Shown here piece after piece: positions 34,352-42,519 of a DNA stretch of 64,000 nucleotides. Each line of letters begins with the position of its first letter. Within the stretch, counting starts at the first letter, position 1. Origin of the DNA: Bacteroidia bacterium (GTDB lineage: Bacteria; Bacteroidota; Bacteroidia; AKYH767-A; OLB10); NCBI GenBank assembly GCA_039931675.1, contig JBDTRM010000266.1:47-64046 (forward strand), written 5' to 3'. The notes beneath the pieces were generated by a model. It was not told where the DNA came from. It was given only the letters and a program-made list of their open reading frames with translations, and did no database searches. A program made the position numbers and the translations under genes.

Positions 34352-36955
34352 TTGATGTTGATGTTATTAGTTACTTCAGGCCAGGGAGACATAATTATTT
34401 ACAATGCAATCGGAGATTTTATTTCATCTGCGACAGATTTTGCAAGTGCTGTTTCAGGTTCGGATTATGATTTCAGCACAGGGTCCACTTATCTGGTAAA
34501 ATACAAAAGTGGTATATTAAAGGATGGCATAATATATATAAATGGATATTTTAAAGTAAACCATAACATTACCTTTGAGGAATGTCAAATACAATTTGGA
34601 GAGCAAGCAGAAGTGCACGTTGATAAAGGAATAACACTAAGATTTACAGGCTGCGAGATTGCAGGCTGTAGCGATTATACCTGGCGCGGAATTTTTGTTG
34701 AAGACGATAACTCAAAAGTAATTGTTGAGGATGGGTCAGCAGGCACTATAATTGCCGATGCCGATACTGCTCTAAACCTCAGTAACGATGCCCAATTTTA
34801 TGTGGTGAACAGCGATTTTAATGACAATTATACAGGCATGTACTTTTTTAATTATAATAAAGAAGCGAAACCCGACAACGATAAAGAAACTGGACTTATT
34901 TACGGCTGTACGTTCCGAAAAGAATCCGGCCTTAAAATACCACCTTCCGGTAGCGCACCATCTTATGGGCTAAGCGGTATCAGCTTGAATTATTGCGAGG
35001 AGATACACATAGGTCATCCGTCCTACGATGAGAATACTTTCCAGGATTTATATACAGGTATTAAAGCGAACAACGGAAACATGACGGTGTATAATAATGT
35101 GTTTAATAATATGCAGGCATCGAATTTCCCGGAGGCAGGTTCGGGAATTTATTCATTCTCAGATTTTGATTACAATAACAGGAATGTGGTAATAGGAAGT
35201 GGCAATACAAACGGTAAGAATATATTTGAATCTTCCACAGCAGGAGTATTTTGTTTTGGAGAACAAAACATTACCATAAACAAAAATGATTTTGGGAATA
35301 GTCCTAATAACCTGACCACTGCAGATATTATTATTTCCAAAAACGATAAGGAGATTGAAATAACCGCTAATCACCATTATGATTATCAGATAGGGATAAA
35401 AATGCCAGGTATGCAAACCGGGAGCGTAATCAACATACATGATGAACTATTTGAAACGGCAGATTTAACTAATCCAACTTCTTTTTACGGTACAGCTATA
35501 ATGGTACAGAACACTGCTCCCCAAAGCCCCGCGGTTAACATTTATGGCAATACCATGAATGGCCCGAGGATTGGGATATTTGCAAGAAATGTGAATGGGA
35601 TAAAGATTGGTGTTGATGCAAATGATAATCTAGATGAGAATACTGTTAATTTTGAAGTGGGAGACGGCTCTGCCTTAACAGATAATTATTCGGGCATTTG
35701 GTTACAGCAATGCAATCAAGCAATAGTAAAAATAAATGAGATTACTAACGATGACGTAATTTCCAGGAACGAAGATAAATTACGAGGCATTGCTGCTGAT
35801 AACTCAGCAGATTTGAATGTTTGCGGTAATCAATTGACTAATATGGGATATGCCATGCGGTTTGAAGGAAATTGCCAAACAACACGATTGAAAAATAATA
35901 CAATGACGGATTATGTTGAAGGAGTGAATTTTAATTTAGCCGATTTTTCGGCACAAGGTACTACTGGTGTTGCGTGGGATAATCGATGGGTTCAAACCTA
36001 TTCGCTAAATTATCCTAACTTTATGAAAGTGAACGGCACATTTAACTCTGCGCTTGGTATAGATTGGTTTTTTCAAAATACGGATATTTCTTCCAATCCA
36101 TTTAGCCCAAATCCTTATAACTTAGCATTAATATTCCCAAACATAAATACTGCCAGTGGTTCAATAAATTGTGAACTTGCAATGCGTCCCATAACTGATT
36201 TTAACCGCGATAGTGTATTTGGGCCTATCGTAGGCGATTCTGCTGTTTATAATAATAATCATGACGAAGCAGCCTATCTTGCCAAAGCAGCATTGTTTAA
36301 ACGTTTGACTGATAACCCTGACTTGCTCACCATAGGCAGTGATGCAGATGAATCGTTCGCAGAATTTTATGAAACCATGCTTGCTGCCAACATTGGAAAG
36401 TTCGATTCCGTGGGTATTGCCTTACGTGTAAATGACTTTGCAACTGCGGCTAATCTTAATGATAATATTACTGAGGCCAATGACATAGAAACAAACAATA
36501 AAATTATAAATGACCTTGTAATTAATAAAGTTGTGCTCGACAGTATATTAAATTCTACTGATACTGCAACTCTGGAAGAAATAGTTAGCCAGCATTGGCT
36601 TGTTGCCGGAAATAGTGTTTACGATGCTGCCGCCATTCTGTTCAGGGAATACTATTCTCCCACACTTGCATTAAGACTTATGCCTTCGCAACAACAGCAT
36701 TTAAAACTAAGTGAGATTAATAATATTGGAGTTTATCCAAATCCTGCAAAGAATAAGGTGTATGTTACAGGGTTAACCGGAAACAATAATCTAATTGAAA
36801 TTTACAACTCCTACGGCCAGTTGTTATACAGGAAAACCGGAGTTGATTCAAACGCTGCCATTGACGTTTTATCTCTTGTTAACGGTATCTATAATTTGAG
36901 AATTGTAAACAATGAAGGGAAGGATTATAAAACAAGATTTGTTTTACTTAAGTAG
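34352..36955 (+). CDS. Right-handed beta-helix repeat protein with T9SS type-A C-terminal sorting domain
   Basis: 867 aa. Parallel beta-helix-like repeats (NNG..V.NN.F.N, IYGNTMNG...). C-terminal GVYPNPAKNKVYV...IEIYNSYGQLLY...LSLVNGIYNLRIVN. The N-terminus (MMLMLLVTSGQG) is not a convincing signal peptide, and the start is uncertain (34352, 34355 or 34361). Confidence 0.7.
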   Translation: MMLMLLVTSGQGDIIIYNAIGDFISSATDFASAVSGSDYDFSTGSTYLVKYKSGILKDGIIYINGYFKVNHNITFEECQIQFGEQAEVHVDKGITLRFTGCEIAGCSDYTWRGIFVEDDNSKVIVEDGSAGTIIADADTALNLSNDAQFYVVNSDFNDNYTGMYFFNYNKEAKPDNDKETGLIYGCTFRKESGLKIPPSGSAPSYGLSGISLNYCEEIHIGHPSYDENTFQDLYTGIKANNGNMTVYNNVFNNMQASNFPEAGSGIYSFSDFDYNNRNVVIGSGNTNGKNIFESSTAGVFCFGEQNITINKNDFGNSPNNLTTADIIISKNDKEIEITANHHYDYQIGIKMPGMQTGSVINIHDELFETADLTNPTSFYGTAIMVQNTAPQSPAVNIYGNTMNGPRIGIFARNVNGIKIGVDANDNLDENTVNFEVGDGSALTDNYSGIWLQQCNQAIVKINEITNDDVISRNEDKLRGIAADNSADLNVCGNQLTNMGYAMRFEGNCQTTRLKNNTMTDYVEGVNFNLADFSAQGTTGVAWDNRWVQTYSLNYPNFMKVNGTFNSALGIDWFFQNTDISSNPFSPNPYNLALIFPNINTASGSINCELAMRPITDFNRDSVFGPIVGDSAVYNNNHDEAAYLAKAALFKRLTDNPDLLTIGSDADESFAEFYETMLAANIGKFDSVGIALRVNDFATAANLNDNITEANDIETNNKIINDLVINKVVLDSILNSTDTATLEEIVSQHWLVAGNSVYDAAAILFREYYSPTLALRLMPSQQQHLKLSEINNIGVYPNPAKNKVYVTGLTGNNNLIEIYNSYGQLLYRKTGVDSNAAIDVLSLVNGIYNLRIVNNEGKDYKTRFVLLK

Positions 36956-36964
36956 TTAGTACAA

Positions 36965-39379
36965 ATGCAAACGAGGTATTTAATAATGACAGCAATGCTG
37001 TGTTGTTGTCATTTTTTCTCTCTTTCTCAAAACAGGAATTCTGTTTGGTGTTTTGGGGACAGTGCGTTGATTGATTTTAGTGATACTACCAATATCCTTG
37101 TCAAGTCGAGCAGTGTTGATTCAAGAGGTTCTTGTACTTCAATGAGCGATATAAGCGGAAAGTTATTGTTTTATACAGCGACTATGCCATACTCAGCGGC
37201 CAATAGTTTTTATGCCACTTTTGTTTTCGACTCTATCAATGCAATTATGCAAAATAGTGATTCAATTTTTGGGCATGCATGGTATAATGAATTAGTTACC
37301 ATTCTCAATCCGGCTAATGATAGTACTTATTATCTATTTTCAGTGGGTGTAACAACTATTTTTGGATTATATTACAGCATAATTGATATGAGGTTGAATA
37401 ATGGTTTAGGGGCAGTTACACAAAAAAACATTCAATTGCAAAGTTTTGAGCAGGTAGATTGTATAACTGCAATAAAGCATGGCAATGGAAGAGACTGGTG
37501 GCTTTTGTTTAGAAAATCACAGGCATCAACAGCCGGCTCCAACAATAAATGGTACAGATATTTAATAACCCCAGATAGCATTCAGAATTTCTCTGTTCAA
37601 TCTATCGGTTCTCAAAATAGGACTAACATTGGAAAAATATGTTTTTCTCCATCCGGAGATAAATTAGTTTTTACCAATGTAAATGGCGTATTAGAGTTGT
37701 TTGATTTTGACAGGTGTACGGGTTTACTTAGCAATCCTGTTACCATTGAACAAGACCCGGGAGTGTCTCCTTTCCCATATTTATGGAGTTGTGCATTTTC
37801 CCCTGATGCAAGTAAATTGTATGTAACTACAGATGACCAGACAACCCGACTTTTTCAATATGATTTGAACGCTCCGAATATTGCTGCAAGCAAGGATACC
37901 CTTTGGACAATAAGTAACCCACCTTATGCTGGCGGAGCATTAAAGCTTGCACCTGATAATAAAATTTATATGTCATCATGGTTTACTGATGGATTTAATT
38001 TTCCGTATCCATACCCCGATAGTGTATATAATATGTACAACATGAACCTCTCAGTAATAAATCAACCTGATAGCTTGGGAATAGCATCTGATTTCCAACC
38101 ATACAGTTTTTATTTGGGTGGTAAACGCACTTACCTGGGATTGCCAAACAATCCAGATTACGAATTAAGTCCTCTGATAGGTTCTTCCTGTGATAGTTTG
38201 CGCCCTGCTATAAACTTTGCTGCAACAGATACAACTCTTTGTGGCAGCCAATGCATTTCATTTAATGATTCATCAACAAAAAGCCCCAACAAGTGGCAAT
38301 GGTTTTTTTCAGGTGCTGTACCGGATACATCAACACTGCAAAACCCGGTTAATATATGCTACAACACCCCCGGCAGCTATGATGTAAAGCTCATAGCCTG
38401 CAATGAGGTGGGTTGTGATACACTGCTGTTGAGTAATTATATTCATGTTTATTCTTTGCCAACGTTAGAACTTGGCAATGATACCAGCACATGCAGTGCG
38501 CTTGTGCTCTTAGATGCAGGTACTGGCAATGCAGGGTATCAATGGAGCACCGGAGATTCAACGCAAATGGTAATGGCAGGTATAAGTTCAACATATACAG
38601 TAACCGTTACAGATGGTAATGGTTGCAGTAATATGGATTCTGTTTTGGTAACAATTAATCCATTACCTGTAGTCCAACTTGGCAACGATACAAACACCTG
38701 CAATTGGCCTGTACTGTTAGATGCAGGGGTACTAAATGCTGCTTACCAGTGGAGTACAGGAGCTACGACACAAACCATTACAGCCGCTGCAACTAATCTT
38801 TATACGGTTGTGGTTACAGACAGCAACAATTGCAGCAACAGCGATTCTGTTTTTGTTACTATTAATCCCTTGCCTGTGGTTACTTTCAATGCCTTTGCAG
38901 CAGATACCCTTTGCATACCGCACGGCATTGATACCATCAACGATGGTAATCCACCCGGTGGCACATTTTCAGGCACAGGTGTAACCGGCAATCTCTTTGA
39001 CCCCAATGTAGCAGGCGTGGGATGGAGTTATATTATATACCATTACACTGATTCATTTGGCTGCACCAATACAGTAACGGATAGTGTATGGGTTGATTTG
39101 TGTGCGGGTATTGCATTCATCAGCAACGTTAACGGAATAAAAATACTCTCAAATCCTGTATCCGGTTTACTTACCATTGTCGCACAACACTTAAAGGGCA
39201 AAACCTATACGCTAACTGTTACAGATATTATAGGCAGGCAGGTTTTTAAAGAAAAAGGTGGGCTGCACCCGCCTTACTTTACTAAGGATTTGGATTGCAG
39301 GGGTTTTGCAAATGGGATGTATATTGTAACCCTTACAACAAACAAAGAGCAGGTAAGCCAAAAGTTTATCATAAACTAA
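36965..39379 (+). CDS. T9SS-sorted surface protein with a beta-propeller-like N-region, a PKD domain, tandem cysteine-containing repeats and a T9SS C-terminal domain
   Basis: 804 aa. PKD-like segment INFAATDTTLCGSQCISFNDSS...GSYDVKLIACNEVGCD. Two and a half copies of LP...LGNDT.TC...VLLDAG..NA.YQWSTG..TQ......YTV.VTD.N.CSN.DSV.VTINP. C-terminal ILSNPVSGLLTIV...YTLTVTDIIGRQV...NGMYIVTLTT. Confidence 0.75.
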   Translation: MQTRYLIMTAMLCCCHFFSLSQNRNSVWCFGDSALIDFSDTTNILVKSSSVDSRGSCTSMSDISGKLLFYTATMPYSAANSFYATFVFDSINAIMQNSDSIFGHAWYNELVTILNPANDSTYYLFSVGVTTIFGLYYSIIDMRLNNGLGAVTQKNIQLQSFEQVDCITAIKHGNGRDWWLLFRKSQASTAGSNNKWYRYLITPDSIQNFSVQSIGSQNRTNIGKICFSPSGDKLVFTNVNGVLELFDFDRCTGLLSNPVTIEQDPGVSPFPYLWSCAFSPDASKLYVTTDDQTTRLFQYDLNAPNIAASKDTLWTISNPPYAGGALKLAPDNKIYMSSWFTDGFNFPYPYPDSVYNMYNMNLSVINQPDSLGIASDFQPYSFYLGGKRTYLGLPNNPDYELSPLIGSSCDSLRPAINFAATDTTLCGSQCISFNDSSTKSPNKWQWFFSGAVPDTSTLQNPVNICYNTPGSYDVKLIACNEVGCDTLLLSNYIHVYSLPTLELGNDTSTCSALVLLDAGTGNAGYQWSTGDSTQMVMAGISSTYTVTVTDGNGCSNMDSVLVTINPLPVVQLGNDTNTCNWPVLLDAGVLNAAYQWSTGATTQTITAAATNLYTVVVTDSNNCSNSDSVFVTINPLPVVTFNAFAADTLCIPHGIDTINDGNPPGGTFSGTGVTGNLFDPNVAGVGWSYIIYHYTDSFGCTNTVTDSVWVDLCAGIAFISNVNGIKILSNPVSGLLTIVAQHLKGKTYTLTVTDIIGRQVFKEKGGLHPPYFTKDLDCRGFANGMYIVTLTTNKEQVSQKFIIN

Positions 39380-39403
39380 TCTGTGTAATCCGTGTTTTCA
39401 CGT

Positions 39404-39435
39404 GTGGTTGGTTTTCTTCACACCAACCACTTTTT
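39404..39435 (+). terminator. Rho-independent terminator-like hairpin after the T9SS gene
   Basis: GTGGTTGGT (39404-39412), 9-nt loop, ACCAACCAC (39422-39430), then TTTTT (39431-39435). Confidence 0.65.
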
Positions 39436-39520
39436 GCACAGATGTGAAATAAGAAGAGGCAAAGAGACAGTTGAAGAAAAAAGGCAAGAATTAACGAAAG
39501 GCTAAGTCTAACCCGACAAC

Positions 39521-39577
39521 TCCAAATTTCCATTTTCATATTTCAAATTTCAAACCTCGCCAATTCCCAAATTTTCT
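39521..39577. repeat. Degenerate AT-rich short-period repeat (CAAATTTC-like units) upstream of the YfhO-like gene
   Basis: TCCAAATTTCCATTTTCATATTTCAAATTTCAAACCTCGCCAATTCCCAAATTTTC. It is weaker than the arrays at 31409 and 42447. Confidence 0.4.
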
Positions 39578-39618
39578 TTCCTTTGACCGCTCACATTTTT
39601 TAAATAGAAAACGATCAG

Positions 39619-42081
39619 ATGAACTTCGACTTCAAAAAAATTCTTCCTCACCTTATAGCAATTGTAATTTTTGCAGTATTGGTTTTTGCCTATTTCATGC
39701 CGTTGTTCCAGGGCAAAAGTTTGGCGCAGCATGATATTGCACAGTGGCAGGGCATGAGTAAATCCATTGCAGACTTTCGTACAAAAACAGGCCAGGAACC
39801 ATTGTGGACCAACAGCATGTTTTCGGGTATGCCTGCTTACCAGATTTCTGTTCTTTATCCTGCCAACCTCATGAGTTATGTAAACAGTATAATTTCTCTT
39901 GGTCTCACAGCTCCGGCAAGTTTTATTTTTATGGCCATGCTTTGCTTTTATATTTTAATGATCACATTAAAAATTGATTATCGTTTAGCTATAGGTGGAG
40001 CAATTGCTTACGCTTTCGTTTCGTATAATCTTGTCGCATTACATGCCGGGCATAATTCTAAAGTACATGCAATATCATTGTTTCCATTAGTGATAGCAGG
40101 TGTGCTCATGGTGTTCAATAAAAAATATTTATTGGGCGCTGCTCTTACTGCACTTGCACTTTCACTTGAAATTTATGCCAATCACTTGCAGATTACTTAC
40201 TACCTAACCATAACTATACTTTGTTTGGTGATAGCAAAAAGCATTTCAATAATTCTCGAAAAAGATTTTGCTCATCTTTTCAAAACTGCTGCATTACTTG
40301 GTGTTGCAGTTGCACTTGCTATTTTGCCAAACATCACTAACCTGCTCGCTACCGAAGAGTATGGAAAAGCATCTACACGCGGACCAAGTGAGTTATCTTC
40401 TAAAAAAGCTTCTACAGGCTTGGACGAAGACTATGCATTATCTTACAGCAATGGTAAGACCGATGCCTTCTCGCTTTTAGTTCCTAATATAACAGGCGGT
40501 GCATCACAAACACCGCTTGATGAAAAGTCTGCATTGTATAAAGCATTAGAATCAAACGGAGTATTAAGCCAGGCACAAAGTTTATTAGATGGTGCGCCAA
40601 CTTATTGGGGAGGGCTTTACAGTACTGCAGGTCCGGTTTATGTAGGTGCAATAATTATTTTTCTCTTTATCTTAGGATTGATACTTGTAAAAGGCCCTGA
40701 TAAATGGTGGTTGCTCATTGCAACATTACTTTCAATCACATTATCATTTGGTAAGTACTTTATGCCGCTTACTGATTTTTTCTTCCATTACTTTCCTGCA
40801 TACAATAAATTTCGCGCAGTGAGTATGACGCTCGTTATTGCATCATTCACTATTCCTTTACTGGCATTTATGGGGTTGCAAAAATTATTTGATGATAAAA
40901 TTCCAATCGCAGAACGAACCAAAGCTTTATTGTATTCGTTTTATGCTGTAGCCGGATTGTGCGTTTTGATTTTGGTAAGCTCGCTTTTCTTTAAATATAA
41001 TGCTGAGTCTGACAATCAACTTGCAAAGTATCCCTACATTGTTAATGCCCTTAAAGAAGACCGCGCTTCAATGCTTCGCATGGATACATTGCGCTCATTG
41101 GTATTCATTGCACTTGCATTCGGTCTGTTGTGGTTTACGTTGAAAGGAAAAATAAAATCAAATGTTGCTTACATCTGTCTTGCATTTTTGTTTTTGGTGG
41201 ATGCATGGCCTGTTGCAAAAAGATATTTGAACAGTAATGATTTTACAGATAAACAATCTGTTGAAGTTCCGTTTCAACCTACAAATGCTGATTTGCAAAT
41301 TGACCAGGATAAGTCGCTCGGCTTTCGTGTTATGAATACTTCGGTAAGCACGTTTAATGATGCAAGCACTTCCTACTTTCATAATTCCATTGGCGGTTAT
41401 CACGGTGCAAAACTGAAACGCTACCAGGAGCTAATCGAAAATCAAATAAGCAATGGCAACCAGTCTGTGCTTGATATGCTGAACACAAAATATTTCATCA
41501 TGCAAAACCGCCAAACCGGTCAGCCCGAAGCACAGATGAATCCCGGTGCCTGTGGCAGTGCATGGTTTGTTCCCGAAATTAAATATGTAGCTAACGCAGA
41601 TTCAGAAATAAAAGCATTAGATAAATTTAATCCCAAGGAAATCGTTTTTATTGATGAGCGTTTTAAAAAAGATGTAGGTGATTTTAAGCCTGCCTTTGAC
41701 AGCACAGCTTCAATAACGCTTACCGTATATGATCCTAATCATGTAGCTTATAAAAGCAATGCAACGAGCGAGCAGTTTGCAGTGCTCTCCGAAATTTACT
41801 ATGACAAAGGATGGAATGCATACATTGATGACAAGCCAACAACTTATGTGCGATGCAACTATGTATTGCGCGGCATGAAAGTACCCGCAGGAAATCACAA
41901 AATTGATTTCCGTTTTGAACCGGCAGTTTATATAACAGGTGAGAGAATAGCATTTGCAGGATCAATATTACTTATTGCAGGATTTTTAATTATCGTGTTT
42001 TTAGAATTACGAAAACTTCCACCGCCTGCACCACCTGCACCTAAACCTGTGGTTGAAAAAGTTGTGAGCAAGAAAAAATAA
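39619..42081 (+). CDS. YfhO-family polytopic membrane protein (glycosyltransferase-like)
   Basis: 820 aa. More than 10 TM helices in the N-terminal 530 aa, with a large C-terminal soluble part and a final TM. The N-terminal motif FQGKSLAQHDIAQWQGMSKSIADFRTKTGQEPLWTNSMFSGMPAYQIS is recalled as typical of Bacteroidota YfhO-like proteins. Confidence 0.6.
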   Translation: MNFDFKKILPHLIAIVIFAVLVFAYFMPLFQGKSLAQHDIAQWQGMSKSIADFRTKTGQEPLWTNSMFSGMPAYQISVLYPANLMSYVNSIISLGLTAPASFIFMAMLCFYILMITLKIDYRLAIGGAIAYAFVSYNLVALHAGHNSKVHAISLFPLVIAGVLMVFNKKYLLGAALTALALSLEIYANHLQITYYLTITILCLVIAKSISIILEKDFAHLFKTAALLGVAVALAILPNITNLLATEEYGKASTRGPSELSSKKASTGLDEDYALSYSNGKTDAFSLLVPNITGGASQTPLDEKSALYKALESNGVLSQAQSLLDGAPTYWGGLYSTAGPVYVGAIIIFLFILGLILVKGPDKWWLLIATLLSITLSFGKYFMPLTDFFFHYFPAYNKFRAVSMTLVIASFTIPLLAFMGLQKLFDDKIPIAERTKALLYSFYAVAGLCVLILVSSLFFKYNAESDNQLAKYPYIVNALKEDRASMLRMDTLRSLVFIALAFGLLWFTLKGKIKSNVAYICLAFLFLVDAWPVAKRYLNSNDFTDKQSVEVPFQPTNADLQIDQDKSLGFRVMNTSVSTFNDASTSYFHNSIGGYHGAKLKRYQELIENQISNGNQSVLDMLNTKYFIMQNRQTGQPEAQMNPGACGSAWFVPEIKYVANADSEIKALDKFNPKEIVFIDERFKKDVGDFKPAFDSTASITLTVYDPNHVAYKSNATSEQFAVLSEIYYDKGWNAYIDDKPTTYVRCNYVLRGMKVPAGNHKIDFRFEPAVYITGERIAFAGSILLIAGFLIIVFLELRKLPPPAPPAPKPVVEKVVSKKK

Positions 42082-42102
42082 ACCGGTTTAAGGTTTCGTC
42101 AA

Positions 42103-42133
42103 TGTAGAGACGTTGCAATGCAACGTCTCTACA
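42103..42133 (+). terminator. 31-nt perfect palindrome (hairpin) downstream of the YfhO-like gene; either a terminator or a REP-like element
   Basis: TGTAGAGACGTTGCA-A-TGCAACGTCTCTACA. A weak T-run (ATTTTTA) lies about 10 nt downstream. Confidence 0.5.
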
Positions 42134-42446
42134 CGACAACGATTTTTAATTCGCTGGCTGTGAAATATTACGGCAATGAACTTTCGGAAAGTTCCTTCAA
42201 CTTTCCGAAAGTTTACCGCGACTAAACTTTGACAAAGTGAAAGAACTTTGTCAAAGTTTTACAGAAAGACAAGACCCACGCGCAGCCTGTAACAGCGAAC
42301 TTCAGTTCGCTCTAAAACAAAAGCTATTTATTGAACAAACTAATTCCGATAGCTATCGGAAGTTGTTACAAGCTTACGTATGCAATTTTAACCGTTCTAT
42401 CCTATACAAAAACGTTAATGTGATTTTTGTTTTCTTTGACAACTCT

Positions 42447-42508
42447 TATTCCCATATTCCCATATTCCCATATTCCCATATTTCCATATTTCCATATTCC
42501 CTTATTTC
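42447..42508. repeat. About 7 tandem 8-bp units (CCCATATT/CCATATTT) ending 11 nt before the start codon of the AddB-like gene
   Basis: TTATTCCCATATTCCCATATTCCCATATTCCCATATTTCCATATTTCCATATTCCCTTATTTC. ORF 42237-42536 (...HIPIFPYSHISIFPYS...) is simply its translation. Confidence 0.85.
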
Positions 42509-42519
42509 AATAATTACCC

